A model generated the notes under the pieces. The model saw only the letters and a program-made list of their open reading frames with translations. It did not search any database and was not told where the DNA came from. From contig CAMGAM010000001.1 of the NCBI GenBank assembly GCA_946007485.1, positions 1 through 37,537 on the forward strand: 37,537 nucleotides of DNA, read 5' to 3'. Made by a program: the position numbers and the translations under genes. Position 1 is the stretch's first letter; every line of letters begins with the position of its first letter. This document shows, piece by piece, positions 8,311-17,027 of this stretch. The stretch comes from an uncultured Mycoplasmatota bacterium. GTDB lineage: Bacteria > Bacillota_I > Bacilli_A > RF39 > UBA660.

Positions 8311-9270
8311 ATGTTAAGAAGTAAGGAAAGAATACGTTATAGGGATTTTGTGGTTGGTTGGTTAGAAAAAAGAAAGGGATTTATAAAAGAATCTACTTAT
8401 GCTAATTATTTGTGTATTGTATATAATCATTTAATACCAGAGATTGGAAATTATTATTTGTGGGAAATTGATAATGAGATTCTTCAAGAATTTATAATTA
8501 GAAAATGTCAATGTGGAAGGTTAGATGGAAGAGGTGGATTATCTAATAAATCAATTATAGATATTATTTCAGTATTAAAATCTTCTGTTAAATATGCAAT
8601 TAAAAATAAACTTATGGATTATGTAGATTTAGAATTTTATTATCCTAATAATAATCTTAAAGGTAAATTATATATATTTAGTAAAGGTGAACAGAAAAAG
8701 CTTATTGATTATACGATGAATATGAAAAGTGGGAGAGATATAGGAATTATTTTAACTTTATATACAGGTCTTAGAATAGGAGAGATTTGTGCTTTAAAAT
8801 GGGGTGATATTAATTTTAAGAAGAACTATTTAGTAGTTAATAAAACTATTCAGAGAATATATATGAAAAATAATAGAGGGAAAGGTAAATCTAAAGTAAT
8901 AATTACTACTCCAAAGACAAAGAGTTCTATTAGAACTATTCCTATTAATTGGGAATTTTGTCATATGTTAAAAGTATTAAAAAAAGATGATGATTGTTAT
9001 ATATTATCTTCTAAAACTAAGTATATTGAACCAAGAACATTTAGAAAGTATTATTATCGAGTTTTAAAGAAATTAGGGATTAATGATATGAATTTTCACT
9101 CTCTTAGGCATACATTTGCTTCGAATTGTATAAGACTTGGATGCGATTATAAAACTGTTAGTGAATTACTTGGACATTCATCTGTTAATATTACTTTAAA
9201 TATTTATGTTCATTCACAGATGTCTCAAAAGAAGAAATGTATTAATACAGTATATCGTGATTTAATGTAA
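8311..9270 (+). CDS. Tyrosine site-specific recombinase / phage-type integrase
   Basis: N-terminal SAM-like core-binding region. Catalytic signature LYTGLRIGE (Arg), HSLRHTFAS (HxxR), LGHSSVNITLNIYVH (His...Tyr). SD GAAGGAG upstream of the ATG. Confidence 0.85.
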   Translation: MLRSKERIRYRDFVVGWLEKRKGFIKESTYANYLCIVYNHLIPEIGNYYLWEIDNEILQEFIIRKCQCGRLDGRGGLSNKSIIDIISVLKSSVKYAIKNKLMDYVDLEFYYPNNNLKGKLYIFSKGEQKKLIDYTMNMKSGRDIGIILTLYTGLRIGEICALKWGDINFKKNYLVVNKTIQRIYMKNNRGKGKSKVIITTPKTKSSIRTIPINWEFCHMLKVLKKDDDCYILSSKTKYIEPRTFRKYYYRVLKKLGINDMNFHSLRHTFASNCIRLGCDYKTVSELLGHSSVNITLNIYVHSQMSQKKKCINTVYRDLM

Positions 9271-9276
9271 TAAACA

Positions 9277-9305
9277 TTTACTAAGTTTAAAACTTGTGGT
9301 AAAAT
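9277..9305 (+). promoter_or_regulatory. Extended -10 promoter for the amidase gene
   Basis: TTTACT (9277-9282), 17-nt spacer, TGgTAAAAT (TG at 9297-9298, -10 at 9300-9305). Confidence 0.45.
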
Positions 9306-9332
9306 GATAATAGAATAGATAGGTGCTTAGTT

Positions 9333-10985
9333 ATGAGAAAGTATTATTATATAACAACTTTTATTATTCTTATGTTAGTTAGTTTTATAGGAATTACTTA
9401 TTCATATGAGTATGAAAATAGTGATAGTATAAAATTTGAATTAATAGGTCCTAGTACACTTTATGTGGATGTTAATACGGATTATGTAGAGTATGGTGTT
9501 AAGATTAAATATAAGAATATGGATATTAGTGATCAGGTTATAATAGATGATAGTCAAGTAAATATGGCTGTTTTAGGTAAATATTTAGTTAAATACACAG
9601 TTAGTATTGATGGACTAAGTGAATATATTTATCGAGAGGTAATAGTAATTGATAAGACAAGTCCAGTAATTGAACTAGTTGGTGGAGAAGATATTAGTAT
9701 AATTATTAATGGTAGTTATAACGAATATGGATATTCAGTTAGTGATAATTATGATGATGATTTGGATGATAAAGTTAAAGTAAGTGGAGAGGTTGATACT
9801 TCTAAAGAAGGGACTTATTTAATAAGTTATACGGTTGTTGATAGTAGTGGTAATGAAGGGGTAGTAGTTAGAAAAGTAAAGGTAATGGAACCAATTATTA
9901 GCTTGGATAGTAATTTATCAGGAATAGTTAATTCTAATGAGATAAATGTTTCTAAACATTCAAATACAATTGTTAAAAATAGTTTTAATGAAAATGGAAT
10001 ATACTACGAAGGTTATGTTAAGGATAAGAGTGAAGTATATAAAATTAAACTTAAAAATAAGAATAATTCACTTGAGTATACTTATAATATGACAGTTAGT
10101 AAAAGTAATTATTATAGTGGAGAATTAGATTTAACAATGGTTGATAATGGAGAATATGATGTTTATGTAGTAGCAAAGAATGAAGAGAGATTGTTAAATA
10201 AACTTAATATTTTTTTAAAGATTGTTAGAGCTAAAGTTGGAAATAAATTAGTTAGTGTAAAATATTCAGATGATATGGTAAGTTTGGTTATTGAAAACTT
10301 TAGTTATCAATATGATATAGTTATTGATCCGGGACATGGTGGTATTGATATTGGGGCTTCAAATGGAATAGTTAATGAAAAAGATTTAAATTTGAAGATA
10401 TCTAAGTATGAAATGTGTCGTTATCAATCTATGGGTTATATAGTTCATATGATAAGAGAAAATGATACATATGGAGAGATGCTTGGTAAAAGTAATATTG
10501 ATAATTTGAGTAGAAGAGCACTTATGATAGGTTATTATGGATCTGTTAGTAGAGTAGTTTATAGTAATCATCATAATGGATCAGAGAGATTAGGAGATTA
10601 TGGATTTGAAATTCTTGTTGGTAATCAGACTAGTAAGAAAGATTTAATATTAGAACTTTCGTTATATAATAAGTTTAAGGATTTTTATGGTATTACTGAT
10701 AATAATATTAGGATATATGCTAGAGATTACGATAGTGGTAAAACAAATGATAAATCAAATGGAAGTATATATAATGATGTTAATTATTATGCCGTTATTA
10801 GAATTCCATATGAACTATATAATGTTAAGAATGTAATATATGAACCAATATATTTAACTAATGCGAGTGATTTTAATTGGTACTATATGAATGAAAATTG
10901 GATAAAAGTATCTGAGATGAAAATACAGGAATATGTTAATTTTCTTGGTGGAACATATAATAGTGATAATAAGAAATGTTTATAA
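9333..10985 (+). CDS. N-acetylmuramoyl-L-alanine amidase (Amidase_3 type) with N-terminal anchor and Ig-like (DUF5011-like) domain
   Basis: TM anchor YYITTFIILMLVSFIGITY. Ig-like module DKTSPVIELVGGEDISII...GTYLISYTVVDSSGNEG. Catalytic region IVIDPGHGGIDIGASNG..EKDLNL...VYSNHHNGS. Confidence 0.8.
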   Translation: MRKYYYITTFIILMLVSFIGITYSYEYENSDSIKFELIGPSTLYVDVNTDYVEYGVKIKYKNMDISDQVIIDDSQVNMAVLGKYLVKYTVSIDGLSEYIYREVIVIDKTSPVIELVGGEDISIIINGSYNEYGYSVSDNYDDDLDDKVKVSGEVDTSKEGTYLISYTVVDSSGNEGVVVRKVKVMEPIISLDSNLSGIVNSNEINVSKHSNTIVKNSFNENGIYYEGYVKDKSEVYKIKLKNKNNSLEYTYNMTVSKSNYYSGELDLTMVDNGEYDVYVVAKNEERLLNKLNIFLKIVRAKVGNKLVSVKYSDDMVSLVIENFSYQYDIVIDPGHGGIDIGASNGIVNEKDLNLKISKYEMCRYQSMGYIVHMIRENDTYGEMLGKSNIDNLSRRALMIGYYGSVSRVVYSNHHNGSERLGDYGFEILVGNQTSKKDLILELSLYNKFKDFYGITDNNIRIYARDYDSGKTNDKSNGSIYNDVNYYAVIRIPYELYNVKNVIYEPIYLTNASDFNWYYMNENWIKVSEMKIQEYVNFLGGTYNSDNKKCL

Positions 10986-10989
10986 GATG

Positions 10990-11030
10990 AAAAAAAGATT
11001 AAATTAGTGAATGTAATTTAATCTTTTTTG
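10990..11030. terminator. Bidirectional terminator between convergent amidase and gtrA-family genes
   Basis: AAGATTAAATT (10995-11005) pairs with AATTTAATCTT (11015-11025), flanked by an A-run and a T-run. The right arm overlaps the gtrA-family stop codon. Confidence 0.65.
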
Positions 11031-11455
11031 GTTTTATTTTCTTTTTTGAAAACAATTAATTTACTTAGAATATAATTTGTAATAATGATAATAATTTGAA
11101 TAATTATTTTGATTATTTTATCATTAAAATGAAGGGTTGATACGAAGATAAACATTAGTCCCATATCGATAAAGAGAGCAGCTAATCTAGCTGAATAAAA
11201 TTCAATAATTTCTTTGGTAATAGTTTTATTGGTTGGTTCAAAGACATATTTTTTATTGGTTATGTATGCAAAGGTTACACATGTTATCCATGAAATAATG
11301 TTGGCTATTTGGAGTTCAATTTTGTTATTAGCGTCTAGTATAGTGGCTACGAGGATATAATAGGTAGCTAGACTAACGACAGTGGTTAGTACTCCAAAGA
11401 TTAGATAATTAATGATTTCTTTATATTTTTTATATAATTCTTTTATTTTTTTCAT
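11018..11455 (-). CDS. GtrA-family membrane protein (putative lipid-linked sugar flippase)
   Basis: 145 aa with 4 predicted TM helices and a GtrA-like N-terminus (YLIFGVLTTVVSLATYYIL). It is the last gene of the GT2-YfhO-GtrA string and overlaps the YfhO gene by 26 nt. Confidence 0.7.
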   Translation of the reverse strand: MKKIKELYKKYKEIINYLIFGVLTTVVSLATYYILVATILDANNKIELQIANIISWITCVTFAYITNKKYVFEPTNKTITKEIIEFYSARLAALFIDMGLMFIFVSTLHFNDKIIKIIIQIIIIITNYILSKLIVFKKENKTKKD

Positions 11456-13955
11456 TTGTACTCCTTACTTTTTCACAATGTTCTTTTATAGCAATAATAC
11501 TAAATATTAAGATACCTAAGATAGAAATAATTTTACCCGCTAGTAGCCAAGGTGAATGATATGTTATCGTTATTTTATGATATCCTTTTTCTAATTTTGT
11601 TCCAAGGAAAGCAGTATTTACTTTTTCTATTTTAGATTCTATACCATCAATATATATTTTAAATCCTTCATCATATGGAAAAGTGGTTGTTAAGTATCCA
11701 TCTTCTTGAAGGTTAATTGTTCCATTAATAGTATCGTTATCAATGTTTTCAATAATCATTTCAGTTTTATTATTTTTAATTTCTAATAGACTATTATAAT
11801 CTAGAATATAAGTTTTTATATCAGTGATGTTGTAGGTTCCTTTTTTTAGGGTAATATCAAGAGTATCAAGATATTTATCATTGATAAGAAAATGAAAAGT
11901 ATTATTTTTATTGCTATATATCCAAGTTTTGCAGGTTAAGATATTACTTACATTGTTAATAGTCATTTCAATATTGTCAATGCTACAAGTGTTTTCTTTT
12001 AATCCATATAAATCAATAAATAATAATTTATTGTTTAGTGGAGTATATAGTTTTAGTTTTAAATGTCCGGTATTTTCTACTTTTAAGATATATTCATTAT
12101 TATTTTTAGTAATATCAACTCCATTGTTTGATATAATTTGATAATTTAATGATACTTCTTTGATATTGTTATTAATTGTTTTATCAAGGTTATTATTATC
12201 ATCAATAATGGTACTATTTAATAGTAATTCTATATTATACGGATAAGTATATGTTTGATAAGTATTAAGACTAATAAGATTACTAGTTCCATATATTATT
12301 GGAAGTGCTAATTCATTTTGATATAAGTTATTAGATATATTGGTATATCCAAGTCCTAGATTATTACTAGAGTATAAATATTTTACTCCCATAAAGGAAT
12401 TAAATAAGATGTTTTTATTGCCTGATATTAGGAAATAATTATAATCTAACATACTATTTTTAAATTCAGTTCTAACAAAATCTAGGTAATTTTTGTTATA
12501 TGTTGATGAGTAATAATTGGTTGTTAGATAACGGTTATCATATATTTGGTTGACGGTGGTTGTTGGATAATCTAGGTTATTAGTACGGTAGAATGATTTA
12601 TCATTATTTAAAATTTCTTTAATGGTATTAGTAGTTTCTTGATTAAAGATTTTGTTATACTCGTTTTTACTGACAATATCTTCAGATAAATTTTCAACAA
12701 TACATATAGATAAAGCAGTTATAATTAAATATCCATTAATTATCCATGATTTATTATATTTTTTATAGATAAATAAGAGAATGATGAATCCTAATAATAA
12801 TAGATAACAATATTGTGATTTATTGAAATAGTATAATGGAACACAGATAATTATTATGTAAATTATAAATGATTTAATATTAAATTTGTGATTAAATAGG
12901 TCTTTTAAAAATATAGCGATAAAATAAGCAATTAATGGAAGAAATGGTATAAAGCATTTTTCTCTTAGATAGAGACCACCATTTAAGAGATACCTAAATA
13001 TTGGTATAAATAAGATAATGGAAGAGATAATTCCTATGATGATATTATGTCTTTTTTTGGTATAAAATAAATATATTAAGGCAATAAAACCAATTATAGA
13101 TAAACCAATTGCATAAGTACCACAGAAAATTTTATGGATATGGAGATATGGTGTTAGTAATGATAATAATGTGTAGTTAGATTCACTTTCTCCACGACCT
13201 ATTAATAAGGTATACATAGTAGGTAATAATAAGATGGCACTCATCATGATTGGTAAGAAGATAAGACCAATAAATTTTAATAAATCTTTAATGAATATTT
13301 TTAATATGAATGTTTGATAATATTTTAGATAGGCATATATATAGTATATGCCTACTACTAAGATACCACAGACACTATAATAATAACTAGTCATAATCAT
13401 TAAAAAGATACTAATGATTAAAAGAGATTTTTTATTTTTTTGAATGAGATTATCTACTCCAATTAAGCTCATTATAAGGAATGGCATATAGTTAACAAAC
13501 ATGATATGTCTATGCATTTGAAAAATAAGTGGAGCTGATAAGGTAAATAATAGGGTAGTTGTTAATGATACGGAATTGCTGAAATTATGTTTTTTTAAGA
13601 AAGTGTAGAATAATAGGGATGAAGCAATAACTACTAAAATATTAACAATGGTTAAGTAAGTTGTCATACTTATAAATGGCAATAGATATGATGGTATAAT
13701 TAGAGGACTTAATAAGCCATAATATGATAAATTAAAGATATTTTGTCCACCGCCATAATTAAGAGCTAGATTAGGAATTAATTTGCCTGTTTGATAAAAT
13801 GTTTGTCTAAAGTATTCAGGAATAATGGTATGTTGATTAATCCAATCGGTGTTTGATCCAAACATATTAGAAAATTTAGTAGTTAAAAAGACAACTAAAA
13901 GAATGGCAAATATTATAATGATTTGGTTTAAATATTTGTTTATGAATTTTTTCAT
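11430..13955 (-). CDS. YfhO-family polytopic membrane glycosyltransferase
   Basis: 841 aa. A long multi-TM N-terminal two thirds is followed by a soluble C-terminal domain and a final TM helix. Size, topology and the position next to a CsbB/GtrB-like GT2 match the YfhO family. Confidence 0.7.
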   Translation of the reverse strand: MKKFINKYLNQIIIIFAILLVVFLTTKFSNMFGSNTDWINQHTIIPEYFRQTFYQTGKLIPNLALNYGGGQNIFNLSYYGLLSPLIIPSYLLPFISMTTYLTIVNILVVIASSLLFYTFLKKHNFSNSVSLTTTLLFTLSAPLIFQMHRHIMFVNYMPFLIMSLIGVDNLIQKNKKSLLIISIFLMIMTSYYYSVCGILVVGIYYIYAYLKYYQTFILKIFIKDLLKFIGLIFLPIMMSAILLLPTMYTLLIGRGESESNYTLLSLLTPYLHIHKIFCGTYAIGLSIIGFIALIYLFYTKKRHNIIIGIISSIILFIPIFRYLLNGGLYLREKCFIPFLPLIAYFIAIFLKDLFNHKFNIKSFIIYIIIICVPLYYFNKSQYCYLLLLGFIILLFIYKKYNKSWIINGYLIITALSICIVENLSEDIVSKNEYNKIFNQETTNTIKEILNNDKSFYRTNNLDYPTTTVNQIYDNRYLTTNYYSSTYNKNYLDFVRTEFKNSMLDYNYFLISGNKNILFNSFMGVKYLYSSNNLGLGYTNISNNLYQNELALPIIYGTSNLISLNTYQTYTYPYNIELLLNSTIIDDNNNLDKTINNNIKEVSLNYQIISNNGVDITKNNNEYILKVENTGHLKLKLYTPLNNKLLFIDLYGLKENTCSIDNIEMTINNVSNILTCKTWIYSNKNNTFHFLINDKYLDTLDITLKKGTYNITDIKTYILDYNSLLEIKNNKTEMIIENIDNDTINGTINLQEDGYLTTTFPYDEGFKIYIDGIESKIEKVNTAFLGTKLEKGYHKITITYHSPWLLAGKIISILGILIFSIIAIKEHCEKVRSTNEKNKRII

Positions 13956-13957
13956 GT

Positions 13958-14899
13958 TTATTTATGCTCCAGATTGGTTTCCTTAATGATATATATGGGT
14001 CTTTTTTTTGTTTCTAGGTAGGTTTTTGATAGATACTGTCCAATTATTCCTAAGCAGAATAATTGAATTCCACTAACAAAGAAAATAATGCATACAAGGC
14101 TTGGCCAACCAGAAGTTGGATCTCCAAAGATTAAAGTTTTAATGATTATAAAGATAATCATGATAAATGATATTAAGCAGAATAGAAAGCCAGCAATTGA
14201 GGCAATAGCTAAAGGCGCAGTTGTAAAGGCAACAATACCTTCAATGGCATATAAGAATAATTTCCAAAATGACCATTTAGTTTCACCAGCAACTCTTTTA
14301 ACATTTTCAAATTCAAGCCATTTTGTTTTGTAACCAACAAACTCAAATAATCCTTTAGAGTAGCGATTATATTCTTTTAATTCAAGAATTGAGTTAACAA
14401 CTTGTCTTTTCATTAATCGATAATCTCTCGCTCCATCGACCATTTCAACTTTTGACATTTTATTAATGATTTTATAAAATTTTCTGGCAAAGAAACTTCT
14501 AATTGGTGGTTCTCCTTTACGAGTAACTCTTCTTGTACCAACTGCATCGTAGTCACTATTTTCATCTTCAAGAATGGCAATCATTTCTGGGAGTAGTGAT
14601 GGTGGATCTTGTAAATCAGCATCCATAATAGCTACATAGTCGCCGATTGATAATTCTAATCCTGCATACATAGCTGCTTCTTTGCCAAAATTTCTTGAGA
14701 AATTGATGTATTTGACTCTTTTGTCCTTTTTAGCATATTCTTTAATAATATCAATAGTTTTGTCAACTGAACCATCATTTACGAAGATAAATTCAAAATC
14801 TTCTTTTAAACTTTCAGCAATTTTAGTAATTTCGTCGTAGAAAAAGGGAATAGCTTGTTCTTCATTATAACATGGAACAATAATACTTATTTTTTTCAT
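13958..14899 (-). CDS. Family 2 glycosyltransferase, polyprenyl-phosphate sugar transferase type (CsbB/GtrB-like)
   Basis: ISIIVPCYNEE...VNDGSVDKT...AIMDADLQDPP (DxD region), plus two C-terminal TM helices typical of GtrB/CsbB. Confidence 0.85.
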   Translation of the reverse strand: MKKISIIVPCYNEEQAIPFFYDEITKIAESLKEDFEFIFVNDGSVDKTIDIIKEYAKKDKRVKYINFSRNFGKEAAMYAGLELSIGDYVAIMDADLQDPPSLLPEMIAILEDENSDYDAVGTRRVTRKGEPPIRSFFARKFYKIINKMSKVEMVDGARDYRLMKRQVVNSILELKEYNRYSKGLFEFVGYKTKWLEFENVKRVAGETKWSFWKLFLYAIEGIVAFTTAPLAIASIAGFLFCLISFIMIIFIIIKTLIFGDPTSGWPSLVCIIFFVSGIQLFCLGIIGQYLSKTYLETKKRPIYIIKETNLEHK

Positions 14900-14946
14900 A
14901 ATTCACTTCCTTTATTTATTTTAATATGGAATTAACCATATGTTTT

Positions 14947-16914
14947 TTATTTATGATTTTTAAAATAATTATATTTTAGTGCTAAATCATTCTTTTTAGT
15001 AATATAGCTAATGTAGTAATTTTTTTCTTCAAGGCTTTCATAACTTATTGATTTATTGTTTATGACTTCACCATTTTCAACATAAACATTACCATCATAC
15101 CAAGAGTAATCACTGAAGAAGACAATACCTTCATAATTAGGATTTAAGGCATCAGTTCCAATATAGTTATTTGGGTTATAATTAATACCAAAGAGATTTA
15201 GAGTTGTTGGTAAGATATTTAATTGAGAAGTAGTTTTGTTTATATCAGTTCGTTTCATATCTTTACTCCAGATGAAAAATGGCGTTTTGTTAATCAAATT
15301 GTTAGATGTTTCTTTGTACTGATCTAAAATGGTCTTATCTTCAATAGTGTATAAATAATGATCAGTAAAGACGATGATGACAGTATTATCAATAAGATTT
15401 TTTTCTTCTAAATTTTGAAGAAGCAATTGCATCATGTAGTCAGTTTCTTTTGCTTGTCTTTTAATACATTCGAGTTCAGTCATTTGGATAAATTCAGGTT
15501 TTATATTATCTTCTTCTGAATTGATATCTTCTTCATTTTTTGTTTGATTAGCATTTGCAACATCTTCATCATATAACATTTTGCAGACACCTTTGGTATT
15601 GGTAAATGGTAAATGTCCGGAGTATGTAATGATATAATCAACGAATAACTTTTCTTCATTATCAGTATTGAAAATTAAACTATTAAATGTCTCATTTAGA
15701 ATTAAATTACGATCTAGACGATATGTTTCGTCTTTGTAGTCTTCAATATCAATTAATCCATAATATTTATTGTATCCCCAGTTTTGATAGTTTGTATTTC
15801 TAGAATAGTATTCACCAGTATTCATATGAAAAGCATTAACGGAATAACCTTCTTTTTTAAAGAGATTGGCCATTGAATATGGAAAACTATTTTTATTGAA
15901 GGTATAAGCATTTTGAGTGTATGATAGTGGGGTGATAAAACCAGTATTAACAGCGAATTCAGAATTAAAAGTAGAACCACCACCATTGTAGTATGAATAA
16001 TGATCATTAAAGACAAAAGAATTATTTAACATAGAATATAAAGTTGGAGTATTTTCTTCAGTTAATAACCAGTTATCAAGGCCTTCTAATTGAATAAAAA
16101 TTAGATTTTTTCCTTTAAACAATCCAGTATATTTATTACTATATTCTCCATAATCTGCAAAAGCAATATCTAAAAATTCAATATCTTCACTATTTTCTTG
16201 TTTTTCAGTTTTAATAAAAGTAATATAAAAGTTTCTAATAGTGTACTCATATAAACCACTTATTTTCATTGATTTGTTGTTATCATTAAAAGAATTATAG
16301 ATATTTCTAGGGTTTCTCCATGATGACCAAGTAAGTTCTTGATTGGCTTTTCCTAGAGTATATGGAGTAATAGTATGAATAATAATGAAAATAATGATAA
16401 ATGATAATAATATTTTATAATTGTTTTTAGTTTTGTATGGAATATATTTTAATACTTTAACAATTAGAATAGTAATAAAAATAAAGGAAATGTATACTAA
16501 AAGATTAGTATTTTTTAGGGTATCAATAATGTATGGAGCACCTTCACTAGCAGATTCTAAAAGATTAAAATCAAAAAATGTTTTAGTCATAGAATAATAG
16601 ACATTATTGACTAAGAAGATAATTAAAAATAAAACATTTATAAATAAATAAAGATATTTACCAATTTTCTTCTTAAAACCTAGAGATATTCCAATAAAAA
16701 GAATAATCCATGAAATAGTAAAGAGATTAGGTGAAATACTTAAAATACCATAAAAGTTAATATCATGACCAAATAATCTAGTAATAATATCCATAGCAAT
16801 AAATGGTAATGTTAAAAATAAAAGGTATTTATATTTATTTAAAAAATCTATTATTTTATTTAAAAAAAATATTATATTTTGTTTATTTATCTTTATTCTT
16901 TTTAGTAAATTCAT
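14947..16914 (-). CDS. LtaS-family (sulfatase-fold) lipoteichoic acid synthase/primase paralogue
   Basis: Five N-terminal TM helices, then an extracellular sulfatase domain: KNLIFIQLEGLDNW, GGGSTFNSEFAVNTG, IIVFTDH. Confidence 0.75.
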   Translation of the reverse strand: MNLLKRIKINKQNIIFFLNKIIDFLNKYKYLLFLTLPFIAMDIITRLFGHDINFYGILSISPNLFTISWIILFIGISLGFKKKIGKYLYLFINVLFLIIFLVNNVYYSMTKTFFDFNLLESASEGAPYIIDTLKNTNLLVYISFIFITILIVKVLKYIPYKTKNNYKILLSFIIIFIIIHTITPYTLGKANQELTWSSWRNPRNIYNSFNDNNKSMKISGLYEYTIRNFYITFIKTEKQENSEDIEFLDIAFADYGEYSNKYTGLFKGKNLIFIQLEGLDNWLLTEENTPTLYSMLNNSFVFNDHYSYYNGGGSTFNSEFAVNTGFITPLSYTQNAYTFNKNSFPYSMANLFKKEGYSVNAFHMNTGEYYSRNTNYQNWGYNKYYGLIDIEDYKDETYRLDRNLILNETFNSLIFNTDNEEKLFVDYIITYSGHLPFTNTKGVCKMLYDEDVANANQTKNEEDINSEEDNIKPEFIQMTELECIKRQAKETDYMMQLLLQNLEEKNLIDNTVIIVFTDHYLYTIEDKTILDQYKETSNNLINKTPFFIWSKDMKRTDINKTTSQLNILPTTLNLFGINYNPNNYIGTDALNPNYEGIVFFSDYSWYDGNVYVENGEVINNKSISYESLEEKNYYISYITKKNDLALKYNYFKNHK

Positions 16915-16933
16915 AAAATCACCACATGTATTA

Positions 16934-16962
16934 ATTATAGCAAAAACTTGGAGTTAAGTAAA
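16934..16962 (-). promoter_or_regulatory. sigma-A-type promoter for the minus-strand ltaS paralogue
   Basis: On the minus strand: TTTACT (16962-16957), 17-nt spacer, TATAAT (16939-16934). Confidence 0.5.
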
Positions 16963-16968
16963 TAATAG

Positions 16969-16997
16969 TGGTTTAATTTACAAAAATATGATATAAT
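16969..16997 (+). promoter_or_regulatory. Extended -10 promoter for the plus-strand ltaS
   Basis: TGaTATAAT (TG at 16989-16990, -10 at 16992-16997). The -35 is weak (TGGTTT). Confidence 0.4.
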
Positions 16998-17027
16998 GAT
17001 AATTATATAAAAAGAGGGAAAAGTAAT

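Noticed and set aside
8311-9270. The integrase as a marker of a prophage or integrative conjugative element
   Set aside because: No capsid, tail, terminase, repressor, relaxase or T4SS genes occur anywhere in the window, and no tRNA or obvious flanking direct repeats were found. At most this is an island remnant (see findings).
14900-14946. ATATGG-N6-CCATAT hairpin considered as a terminator between ltaS and the GT2 gene
   Set aside because: The T-run lies on the plus strand, where no gene ends. On the minus strand the hairpin is followed by A-rich sequence. Read-through from ltaS into the GT2-YfhO-GtrA genes seems more likely.
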